This document shows positions 10,191 to 18,923 of a stretch of DNA of 64,000 bases, piece by piece. Each line of letters begins with the position of its first letter. Position 1 is the stretch's first letter. The position numbers were made by a program, and so were the translations under genes. The DNA comes from Oscillospiraceae bacterium (GTDB taxonomy: Bacteria; Bacillota; Clostridia; Oscillospirales; UBA929), in NCBI GenBank assembly GCA_009777475.1, contig WRLU01000012.1, positions 1,122 through 65,121 on the forward strand, in the 5' to 3' direction. Below the pieces are notes generated by a model. It made no database searches, was not told the DNA's origin, and saw nothing but the letters and a program-made list of their open reading frames with translations.

Positions 10191-10865
10191 TTATCGCACA
10201 AAAGTTTGAGTCTCCCTCCCAAACCGTAAAATTGTATGACAGCTGACGTGGTAATACAACCCAGGGCATAAACAAAGATTATCTTGTTTATGCCCTGCTT
10301 CTATTTCGCTCAACAGTAAATCGTTGATTGTAACTGGGTTTTCCCCCGAATTGAAGATGAATGTAATCTTGTCATCATATAGATATATCGCATTGACAAA
10401 TACGGCTATCAACGTCTTTCTGTGCCTCGATTCGGTCATATCACCCTTTCGCAGAGCGTTCAAGAAAAACTTGACCTTCGGTACAGTCAACGAAGGGTAA
10501 TTCTTTTCTTCCAGTGCAATTTCCTTTTCAATCCTTGCGTGTTCCTGCTCCAGTTCTGGTGCTTGCAGATATAAAGACTTTCGGAAACTTTCGTTGTCAC
10601 ATTCCATGACCGCATTCATCAAATTTTTATGCTTCCGCTCATTTTCAGAAAGCTCTTTTTTCAGCCGTCTTAAATTGGTGGTGTCTTTTTCAGCTTCACA
10701 GACCGCAACAACCTCTTTTGCTATTTTTTCAATATTCTTGTCGGTCAAGAGCTTGTGACATTCGGCAACAACAAGGTCTTCGATGTAATCTTTGCCAACC
10801 ATTTTCTTCTTGCAGAGCTTCTTTTTTGTTCCGTTGCAAATTCCTATCGGTGCCGGACGTTTTGA
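10191..10865 (-). pseudogene. 3' remnant of a large serine recombinase (catalytic resolvase domain missing)
   Basis: An in-frame TAA at 10866-10868 is followed by ...ICNGTKKKLCKKKMVGKDYIEDLVV, the second half of a zinc ribbon. Next come a coiled-coil region and the tail LIAVFVNAIYLYDDKITFIFN. No N-terminal resolvase domain lies upstream. Confidence 0.65.
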
Positions 10866-10966
10866 TTAGGCTAAATTGCGCACCTCCGGTTCGTCAATAT
10901 GCACAACTATGCACAGCATAAGCTGTGAACAAAGTGTAAGCAATGCTCACGCCATCGTGGGATGTC

Positions 10967-10995
10967 TTGACAAAAACACAAGGGTATGGTATTGT
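10967..10995 (+). promoter_or_regulatory. Sigma-A-type promoter for the WG-repeat surface protein gene
   Basis: TTGACA (10967-10972), 17-nt spacer, TATTGT (10990-10995). Confidence 0.5.
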
Positions 10996-11066
10996 GCGTT
11001 GTATACGATGTGTACTATGCGGTAATACACGTTCGTAAAATATCTAAAACCAAGGAGGAGTAAATT

Positions 11067-13403
11067 ATGTTAAAGTCAACAAAAAGATTCTGGGGTATTG
11101 CTTTGGCACTGACGATGCTGCTGGGGATGGTGTCTTTCGGCCCGGAGATTTACGCGGAAGAAATAACCGGGTCGCAAGCTAAACTCTTGTTCCCTCCTGG
11201 AATGTATGATTCTGTTGAATATGTTGAAAATTCACGCTTCATAGTGAGGAACGGCGATGAATATGGGCTGACAGATAAAGAAGGGCAGTTTATCATCCCA
11301 ATGGGAATGTATGATGGTGTCTGGCCTGGAGCGTGGGGTTATGTAGATGGGCACTTCACGGTGGAGAAAGACGGCGAAATAGGAATATTAGATAAAGATG
11401 GGCAGCTTGTTTTCCCGATGGGAATGTATGATTGGGTTGAGTACATTGGAAATGGGCGATTTATGGTGAGTGAAATGTCCCCACCCTACAGAGTTGGAAT
11501 GGCAGATAAAGATGGCCAGCTCATTGTACCGCTGGGAATGTATGAGGAGTTCTTCCCCATGAGAAATGGGTTCTTCGTGCATGAAGATGGCGAGTGGGGA
11601 GTAATAGATAAAGATGGGCAGATCGTTTTTCCATTGGGAACATTTGATGATGCTGTGCTGTGGGATGACGGAGCAATCCCTGTGAATGTCGTTGTGGCTA
11701 AAGATGGAAAATGGGGCCTTGTGGGCAACGGCGAGATAATAGTTCCGTTGATACATGAGTATAAATCTGTCTGGCCTGCTGACTGGGCAGGTGAATACTT
11801 CATGGGAGAGACATATGATGGCAGTGTATGGGGTTCTGTATTATTAGACAAGAGCTTTTCTCCGGTTTTCCCTGAGAAAATACATGGTGAGTATGATTAC
11901 GTCTGGCCTGCTGGAGATGGATACTTTGAGATAGATAAAGGTTCAGAATCAATAACCGTAGACAAGGATGGCCAGAAGGTTTTCCCGGGAATGTATATTA
12001 ATGTTTGGTATTTGAATAATGGACGGTTCGTTATATATAATTCCGAAGGGGCGGGGATTGTAGATAAAGATGGTCAGGTGATTTTACCATTGGGAACGAT
12101 TCAGAGGGCATACTCTATGGGCGGAGGAGAAGATAGGTACAGCAAGGATGGGTACATAGGAGTTTACGGTATCAACCTAGACGAGTATGGGAATAACGAG
12201 TCGTGGGTTATAGACAAAAACAACCAGATTGTTTCACCGCTGGGAGGAGATGCCTGGTATTTTGGCGATGGGGTCTTCAGGATAGGAGACTGGAATTCAA
12301 ATACCTATTATGTGCATACAATAGAGTTGGGTCCCGAACCCAGCGAACCCCCCGCAACCCCTTCCCCTGAGGTCAGCCCCACGCCAGACACCGTAACCCC
12401 CTCGCCGGAGATCCCCACTCCCTCGCCGGAGATTCCCTCACCTACGCCTACACCCGAAACAACCGATGACTGCTGCATTGACTACAGCGAAAAAGACCTC
12501 GTTGTTGATGGCTCAGCACAAGATTTCACCATAAATCTCACAACTGAGAGACTCGGCATTCCGGTGAATGCGGATTTCACCGCCGCGGCCTTCAGCACGG
12601 ACGGCGGGGCGAAGTGGAAGAACATCAAGCCGGAAATTCAAGCACCGAGAGACGATAAAAACCCGCTGAACAGCCGTACAAGCAAAGGCAAAAACAACTT
12701 TGCCAAGTTGCTAGGCAAAGGCATGACCCTGCATTTGTCCGACAAGCCATACAACAGCAAAACAAAAAGCCTTGAAGACGGTGCGTTTGAGGTAAAATTC
12801 CCGAAAATTGAACCAGCTAAGCCCCTGCCGAAATTAGCAGTGAATTACCTCTTTGGTGCAAACGAAAAGAGCTGCTATGGGGAATTTGACGGTCAGTGGG
12901 TTTTGATGACCAAGGTTAAAAAGGGGCAAGCCCCCCAAATCGCTAAAGATGACATACAAATAGCCGCCGAGGAGTTGGCTATGGGAGGCCTCGCTGTCCG
13001 CATAATGGGTGCATGGGGTAAGTTTTATTCCGGCGAAACCAATGGGGTTTGTGTAAGACCATTACAAAAAAACGAAAAGGGTAAAGATGTTGTGGTAAAA
13101 AGAAGATACTTTTACCGCGTACCTCCCAGCGGCGACGGCACAACGGCAAACCCCTACACAGCGGCAAGCAAGCCCAAGAAAATCACAGCCACAAGTCAGC
13201 AGAAAACACCCAAATACAAAGTCGACACCAAGAAGAGCATTATCAAATACAAAGCAAATACATACGTCAGCATAAACGGCGGCGTCCCAGAGCTGAAACT
13301 TGGCAAGGGTGAATTGCCGATTGCGGATGGTAATACATATGAATTCTGGATGGCGGCTACAGTTAAGAAATCGGCCAGTGCCAAGCTGAAAATAGGCCAC
13401 TGA
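11067..13403 (+). CDS. Secreted WG-repeat protein with Pro-rich linker and shared C-terminal module (P3)
   Basis: Signal peptide. About 10 WG/KWG-type repeats (GEYGLTDKEGQFIIPMGMYD, GEIGILDKDGQLVFPMGMYD, GEWGVIDKDGQIVFPLGTFD, GKWGLVGNGEIIVPL). Linker PEPSEPPATPSPEVSPTPDTVTPSPEIPTPSPEIPSPTPTPE. Module from about nt 12465. Confidence 0.8.
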   Translation: MLKSTKRFWGIALALTMLLGMVSFGPEIYAEEITGSQAKLLFPPGMYDSVEYVENSRFIVRNGDEYGLTDKEGQFIIPMGMYDGVWPGAWGYVDGHFTVEKDGEIGILDKDGQLVFPMGMYDWVEYIGNGRFMVSEMSPPYRVGMADKDGQLIVPLGMYEEFFPMRNGFFVHEDGEWGVIDKDGQIVFPLGTFDDAVLWDDGAIPVNVVVAKDGKWGLVGNGEIIVPLIHEYKSVWPADWAGEYFMGETYDGSVWGSVLLDKSFSPVFPEKIHGEYDYVWPAGDGYFEIDKGSESITVDKDGQKVFPGMYINVWYLNNGRFVIYNSEGAGIVDKDGQVILPLGTIQRAYSMGGGEDRYSKDGYIGVYGINLDEYGNNESWVIDKNNQIVSPLGGDAWYFGDGVFRIGDWNSNTYYVHTIELGPEPSEPPATPSPEVSPTPDTVTPSPEIPTPSPEIPSPTPTPETTDDCCIDYSEKDLVVDGSAQDFTINLTTERLGIPVNADFTAAAFSTDGGAKWKNIKPEIQAPRDDKNPLNSRTSKGKNNFAKLLGKGMTLHLSDKPYNSKTKSLEDGAFEVKFPKIEPAKPLPKLAVNYLFGANEKSCYGEFDGQWVLMTKVKKGQAPQIAKDDIQIAAEELAMGGLAVRIMGAWGKFYSGETNGVCVRPLQKNEKGKDVVVKRRYFYRVPPSGDGTTANPYTAASKPKKITATSQQKTPKYKVDTKKSIIKYKANTYVSINGGVPELKLGKGELPIADGNTYEFWMAATVKKSASAKLKIGH

Positions 13404-13474
13404 CCTTCCCAAATGACGATATGGTTGCAGGGCCGTAACCCCCACAGAACTAAAAGGTATGCCGCTTGTTTTGC

Positions 13475-14149
13475 CTAGCCGTCAAACCTGTAGCCTAACC
13501 CGCGCAGGGTAACTATAAGCTCGCTGTAGGGGCCTAATGCCTTGCGGAGTGTTTTTATATGCGTATCCAGGGTACGGTCATCGCCGTAAAAATCATAGCC
13601 CCACACATTAGTAATCAGGGTTTCACGGCTCAGAGCTATATTGCGGTTGTTTACTAAATAAAATAAAAGAGCCCTTTCCTTTGGGGAAAGATTTGCCAGA
13701 GTTCCATCAACCATAACTGTCCGTGCCTTAAAGTTTACCGTTAACCCGGCCTTTTCGTATGCCTGCACCGCTGCTGTCCCTGGGCATCCGCCTGTTCTTG
13801 CCACAACCGCACGTACACGCAGCATAAGTTCCTTTGGGGAAAATGGCTTAGTAACGTAATCGTCCGCACCGGACTCAAAGCCATGGATGCGGTCGTACTC
13901 TTCACCCCTTGCGGAAAGGAGAATTATCGGTATCCGGCTCTGTTTTCTAATTTCGCGCACCGCCGAAAATCCATCAAGCTCAGGCATCATAACATCGAGG
14001 ATAACCAAATCAAATTTAATCTGCCGGCAAAGCTCAACAGCCTGCATGCCATTTTCCGCCTCGGTAACGTGGTATCCCTCAAACTCGGCATATTTACGGC
14101 AAAGCTCGCGGATTTTTGCTTCATCGTCACAAATTAGAATTTTAAGCAT
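13475..14149 (-). CDS. OmpR/PhoB-family response regulator, no adjacent kinase
   Basis: Receiver domain (ILICDDE ... DLVILDVMMPELDG ... KPF) plus a winged-helix C-terminus (DRTLDTHIKTLRKAL ... LRGLGYRF). Confidence 0.9.
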   Translation of the reverse strand: MLKILICDDEAKIRELCRKYAEFEGYHVTEAENGMQAVELCRQIKFDLVILDVMMPELDGFSAVREIRKQSRIPIILLSARGEEYDRIHGFESGADDYVTKPFSPKELMLRVRAVVARTGGCPGTAAVQAYEKAGLTVNFKARTVMVDGTLANLSPKERALLFYLVNNRNIALSRETLITNVWGYDFYGDDRTLDTHIKTLRKALGPYSELIVTLRGLGYRFDG

Positions 14150-14345
14150 ATGAATCCCTCTGTATTAAAAAATTACATTGTCTACGACTATTGCACAGCA
14201 CAACCGGCAATTCTGAGGTCAAGTGTAGCATAAAAGAGTGTGATTGGTCAATAAAATGTTTCCGCCCCAGTTTTTAGGAGGCGGATATCCCTGCTTGGGT
14301 TTAGTGTAAAATATTATCAAAAAATTATAAAGGAGATATTTTTTT

Positions 14346-15296
14346 ATGTCGATACGATTACAGATTCAAAACAAAAAACAAATTTTAGAGCCTGTGGCTG
14401 AAGGAGGGATTACTGTCGAATGGGAAGAATCAAGAACTCCGGGGAAAATGTCATTCTCACTTCTGGCTGATAAAAAATTGCGGATAGAACAAGGGAACAG
14501 GGTTAAGCTGTATGTAAACAAGAAGCCGGTGTTTTTAGGATATATCTTTATCGTGGAGCAGGGCCAGGGTGATACGGTGAAGGTTATATGCTATGATCAG
14601 CTGAGATACTTGAAAAACAAGGACACATATATCTTTGAGAACAAAACGGCGGATGAAATTATCGGAATAATTGCAAAGGATTTCCAGTTATCTGTTGGGA
14701 AATTGGCGGGAACGGGTTATAAATTTGAAAGCCTTGTTCAGGATAACAGGAGCCTTTTGGATATAGTTGCCGAGGCTTTGGAGGAAACTGAGCTTCACAA
14801 AAATAAAAAATATGTTTTTTATGATGATTTCGGCAAGCTTTGCCTTGCAAGCCAGGATGATTTGCGGCTTAGGCTCTTGGCGGACAAGGATACGATACAG
14901 GATTTTCATTATTCCTGCTCGATTGATGGGGAAACATATAACAAAATCAAACTAGTCCACCAAGACCAGAGCGCGGGGAGGAGGGCGGTTTACGGTGCGC
15001 AAGACAAGAGCAATATTGATAAATGGGGGATTTTGCAATACTGTGAAAGCATTGACGGCACAGTTAATGGGCCGGATGAAGCTGAAAAGCTGCTTGGGCT
15101 ATATAACCGCCCGGCAAGGTCATTGCAGCTGAGCGGTGTGCTCGGAGATGTGAGGGTAAGACCCGGATGCCGTATTTACGTTAATATAAAAACCTATGCC
15201 GGGAGGATAAATGCCGGGATGACTGTGGAAAGGGTGACACATAATTTTTCAGAAAGCCTCCACACAATGGATTTAACGCTGAAGGTAAACAAATAG
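14346..15296 (+). CDS. XkdQ/YqbQ-family phage-tail baseplate-like protein (orphan)
   Basis: Size (316 aa) and the motif block VICYDQLRYLKNKDTYIFENKTADEIIGIIAKDF recalled from PBSX XkdQ-type proteins. RBS aaaggagat. Confidence 0.6.
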   Translation: MSIRLQIQNKKQILEPVAEGGITVEWEESRTPGKMSFSLLADKKLRIEQGNRVKLYVNKKPVFLGYIFIVEQGQGDTVKVICYDQLRYLKNKDTYIFENKTADEIIGIIAKDFQLSVGKLAGTGYKFESLVQDNRSLLDIVAEALEETELHKNKKYVFYDDFGKLCLASQDDLRLRLLADKDTIQDFHYSCSIDGETYNKIKLVHQDQSAGRRAVYGAQDKSNIDKWGILQYCESIDGTVNGPDEAEKLLGLYNRPARSLQLSGVLGDVRVRPGCRIYVNIKTYAGRINAGMTVERVTHNFSESLHTMDLTLKVNK

Positions 15297-15488
15297 CAGA
15301 AAGGGTAACCGGGCAGTTGTTTTTCGTCAAATTGCACAAAATCCGCACATGAATTTGCACTTTACTTTCAGTCGGTATTATGGTATGCTTGTCACAAGCG
15401 TTGGGATTTGCTTGAAATCCAAGGCTTTTAATTCCTCTATCCGGCATAAAAGCACGGCGGCATAGGGAGACCAGGAGGATTCAGTTTT

Positions 15489-17954
15489 ATGAAATCTGTT
15501 TTAACGACAGGCCGCGCAATGAGGCGGCCCGGGGTGCTGGCTCTTGCGGCGGCACTGCTTCTTGCGCTGCTGCCAGCAGCTCCCACCGTTGCCCCGGCTT
15601 TGGGGGCATCCGGCGCGGGACTGAACGAGCTGGTACCACGGCACGGTCCCAACGGCAGGTTCCTCGCGCCCATTGAGCCGCTTGCTACCGCTACCGATTC
15701 TATCCCAATTTCCAACCGCGCGGAGCTGGAGGCCATCGCCGGTAACCTGTCCGGTACATATCACCTGACAGCAGACATCGATTTAGCAGGCAGGAACTGG
15801 ACCCCGATTGGCACCTATGGCACCTACGGGTCCCATTTTGGTGGCGTATTTGACGGTCAGGGACATGTCATACGCAATATGACCGTCATGGGGGAGCATA
15901 CCTATGCGGGTTTGTTTGGTTATGTTGGTGGCTCGGACATTAAAAATGTCGGGCTGGAGGGTACGGCTATAGCCTCGTCATCCAGCTCTGCCGGAGGAAT
16001 TTACGGTAGTGCCTTTGGTGGTGCCAGCGTGACTAATTGCTACAATACCGGAAATGTCTACGCTTTTTCATCTGGGAGTTCTTGTGCCGGAGGCATTGCA
16101 GGGATTCCTGCGTATTCTACCATCAGCGATTGCTACAATACCGGCAATGTCTACGCTTCCTCATCCAGCACTTACGCCGGGGGCATTGCAGGACACTGGG
16201 CGCACAGCATCGTCAATTGCTTCAATACCGGCAATGTTTCCGCTTCTGCGTCTGGTGATTCCTACGCCGGGGGTATCTTCGGCTCAATCTCAAAGTATGG
16301 CTCAGGCACAGCCAATTGCTACAACGCCGGCTATATTTTCGCGTCCTCTGGTACAGTGTCTTATGCCGGGGGCATCGGCGGTTTATCAGAGGGGCACATC
16401 AGCGATTGCTGGAATACCGGGGATGTCTACGCACGTTATAGTGGCGGCGGCGGTTCTCACGTTGGGGGAATTTCTGGCCATGCCAATGGCACTTTGGATT
16501 CCTACATTACATCTGCCCCTATAATTCGCAGCTACAACACCGGAAATATCCACGGCAACGGTGGTGCTACCGGGGGAATTGCCGGTAGCACTGTACTAGC
16601 CCCCATCCGCAGCTGCTACAATACTGGGGATGTTTCCACTGAGCAAAATTACTCCCGCTCCATAGGAGGTATCTGCGGGGTGGCCAGTGATAACTCCCCC
16701 ATCAACGATTGCTACAACACCGGCAATCTTTCCGTTAATTTTACTTACTCCACTGGCCCGGGAGGTATCATCGGCGGTGCCGATGATACCTCCCCCATAA
16801 TCAATTGCTACAACATCGGCGGTCTCACCGTGGACGCCCCTTCCTACGTAGTGGATATTACGATGGGGGGGATCGCCTCGCAGCAGGGTGCCTCCCTCAG
16901 CAATTGCTACTGGAACACCGACAGCGAGCAGAGCTTCAACGGTGCCCCATGGGAACCCAAAAGGGGAACCGGCGGCGATGTGGATGACGATGCAATCCCG
17001 CTCACCAGTGCCCAGATGAAGCTTCAGGAGAGCTTTGACGGCTTTGATTTTGACGAGACCTGGGATATAGACCCGGATATCAATGATGGTTACCCCATTT
17101 TGCGCGGCTTGCCCAATTATGGCGGTTACCCGCGCCCGGTTCCCCCTCCCGGCATCTGTAACGACGACTGCATTGACCGCTCCGCCACCCCTGACATCAT
17201 CATTCCCGCCGACGGTGATGCAGAGCCGGAAATTAATCTGACAGCGGAAACAATCGACCTTGCCGGATTTGACGTTGCCGAGTTCAGCGTGAATGGCGGT
17301 ACAAAGTGGAAGGCGGCGAAGGATACCTTCACCAATGCCCTGAAATTCTCCAAGCTGTTCAATAAGGGCATGACTCTTCACCTAAAAGACGCAGGGGGCA
17401 ATACCATCTCGTTCCCGGCGATCAACCCCCGCCCAAAGCCCAAGCTGAAGGTCAACTACGCAATAGCAGCTGACAGCGGGGAGTTTGGCGGCCAGTGGGT
17501 GCTAACTGAAAAGAATGGCACAGCGGCGGTTAAAACGGACATACAAATCGGCGTTGCCGGGCCGAATGCCAAGGGTGTTGAAAATAAAGGCAAGGCGGTT
17601 GACCAAGACGGCTGGGGCAGGTTCCTGCCAGGACTGGAAAACGGCGTCTGCGTCAAGCCAATCGGTGAAAAAAACGGCAAGCCTGCCGTGGTGAAAACAG
17701 TGTTTTTCTACAGGGCGGCACCATCGGCTGAAGGCGGTTTTACTCCCGGCTCGGCACAAAAAAAGGTCAGCGTAACAAGCCTGCTGAAGCCGCCTAAATA
17801 TAAGCCAGGCAAAAGCAAGGCCAAGGCTGACAAGACATATGTCAATGGCGTGCTGTACGCCAAAAAGGCGGAGCTTACCTTGGCAAGCGGCGATCAGGTG
17901 TGGCATGGTGCCACGGCTAAGAAAGCGGCTAGTGCGAAGCAGACGGTGGGGTAG
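15489..17954 (+). CDS. Secreted GLUG-repeat protein with shared C-terminal module (P4)
   Basis: Ala-rich signal peptide. More than 10 repeats of NCYNTGNV...AGGIAG/AGGIFG/VGGISG type. Module from about nt 17160 (NDDCIDRS...). The 3' end overlaps convergent apbE by 26 nt. Confidence 0.85.
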   Translation: MKSVLTTGRAMRRPGVLALAAALLLALLPAAPTVAPALGASGAGLNELVPRHGPNGRFLAPIEPLATATDSIPISNRAELEAIAGNLSGTYHLTADIDLAGRNWTPIGTYGTYGSHFGGVFDGQGHVIRNMTVMGEHTYAGLFGYVGGSDIKNVGLEGTAIASSSSSAGGIYGSAFGGASVTNCYNTGNVYAFSSGSSCAGGIAGIPAYSTISDCYNTGNVYASSSSTYAGGIAGHWAHSIVNCFNTGNVSASASGDSYAGGIFGSISKYGSGTANCYNAGYIFASSGTVSYAGGIGGLSEGHISDCWNTGDVYARYSGGGGSHVGGISGHANGTLDSYITSAPIIRSYNTGNIHGNGGATGGIAGSTVLAPIRSCYNTGDVSTEQNYSRSIGGICGVASDNSPINDCYNTGNLSVNFTYSTGPGGIIGGADDTSPIINCYNIGGLTVDAPSYVVDITMGGIASQQGASLSNCYWNTDSEQSFNGAPWEPKRGTGGDVDDDAIPLTSAQMKLQESFDGFDFDETWDIDPDINDGYPILRGLPNYGGYPRPVPPPGICNDDCIDRSATPDIIIPADGDAEPEINLTAETIDLAGFDVAEFSVNGGTKWKAAKDTFTNALKFSKLFNKGMTLHLKDAGGNTISFPAINPRPKPKLKVNYAIAADSGEFGGQWVLTEKNGTAAVKTDIQIGVAGPNAKGVENKGKAVDQDGWGRFLPGLENGVCVKPIGEKNGKPAVVKTVFFYRAAPSAEGGFTPGSAQKKVSVTSLLKPPKYKPGKSKAKADKTYVNGVLYAKKAELTLASGDQVWHGATAKKAASAKQTVG

Positions 17955-18894
17955 CAGGACGGTCCGCCACCTCACCGTTGCGTGATATGGTTATATGGCG
18001 GAGCGTGTCTGAATACTCCCTTGGTAAATCGCCGCCTGTCAAAACGGAAATTGTCGCTAAGGCATCGGCTTGCATCGCGCTTTGGGCAACAACAGTTGCC
18101 GATGCAATATTATTTTCGACAGGCATGCCTGTATATGGGTCTAAAATATGGTGATATATCTTGCCGTTCAGCGTAAATGAGCGTTCATAGATGCCTGAAG
18201 TGGCAAGTGCCTGATCTGAGAGTTCAACGGCAGATGATGTTTCCCCGCGTTCCGCAAAGGGAGTTTGTATGCCTATCCTAAATGGCGTACCGTTGGGTCT
18301 GCTCCCGATTGCTACAATGTCGCCCCCTAAATCCAGCAACGCGGAAACGACCCCGCCCTGGCGCAGGACTTTGGCCATTTCATCGGCAATATAGCCCTTG
18401 GCGAGCCCTCCTAAATCCAGGGCGAAGCCAGGCGGCAGACTGACTGTGCTTCCGTGGATTTTTATCAGGCTGTAATCTATTTTTTGGCGAGCTTTTTCTA
18501 TGTCACCGGCTTTGGGTAAGGCAGGGCTGTCTGCCCCAAATTCCCACAAGGAAAGCGCGGGGCTAATTGTTATGTCAAATAATCCTCCCGACATGGTGCC
18601 GTATGAAATTGCCTCCCGCAGGACTGTCAGGGTATCGCCTGACACTTCAACAGGGTTGCCATTGGCAGTATTTAATCTGTCGATGTCACTTCCGGGATAA
18701 GTTTTAGAAAGAATTTTTTCCAGCTCACCGGCACGGTCAAGGCAGAGTTCTATAAGGGCAGGGTCTCTGGGTTCATACAGGGTTATCGTGCATACGGTAT
18801 CTAAGAGAAAGCTCGTCTCGCTTAATGGGGAAGCCGGCGGCAGGCAGCTGCAAAGCGAAATAACGCACAAAAGCAAGTATAACAAACGGCGCAT
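17929..18894 (-). CDS. apbE: FAD:protein FMN transferase (ApbE family lipoprotein)
   Basis: Lipobox LCSC; LGGLAKGYIADEMAKVL, GTPFRIGIQTPF and HHILDPYTGMP are typical ApbE blocks. Confidence 0.85.
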   Translation of the reverse strand: MRRLLYLLLCVISLCSCLPPASPLSETSFLLDTVCTITLYEPRDPALIELCLDRAGELEKILSKTYPGSDIDRLNTANGNPVEVSGDTLTVLREAISYGTMSGGLFDITISPALSLWEFGADSPALPKAGDIEKARQKIDYSLIKIHGSTVSLPPGFALDLGGLAKGYIADEMAKVLRQGGVVSALLDLGGDIVAIGSRPNGTPFRIGIQTPFAERGETSSAVELSDQALATSGIYERSFTLNGKIYHHILDPYTGMPVENNIASATVVAQSAMQADALATISVLTGGDLPREYSDTLRHITISRNGEVADRPATPPSASH

Positions 18895-18923
18895 GGCACA
18901 GCTCCTATCAAAACTGGTTTTTA

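Noticed and set aside
15960-16330. Near-tandem DNA repeats (ttgctacaataccgg[ac]aatgtctacgct ...) that could have been a CRISPR-like array
   Set aside because: The repeats are in-frame coding units (NCYNTGNVYA...AGGIAG) of the GLUG protein, with no unique spacers of constant length and no cas genes. I noticed no CRISPR array anywhere in the window.
16037-17381. Alternative-frame and antisense ORFs inside P4 (16037-16258, 16054-16524, 16596-17381 and others)
   Set aside because: They are produced by the GC-rich, internally repetitive GLUG-coding DNA. The sense frame has a signal peptide, repeats and the conserved C-terminal module.
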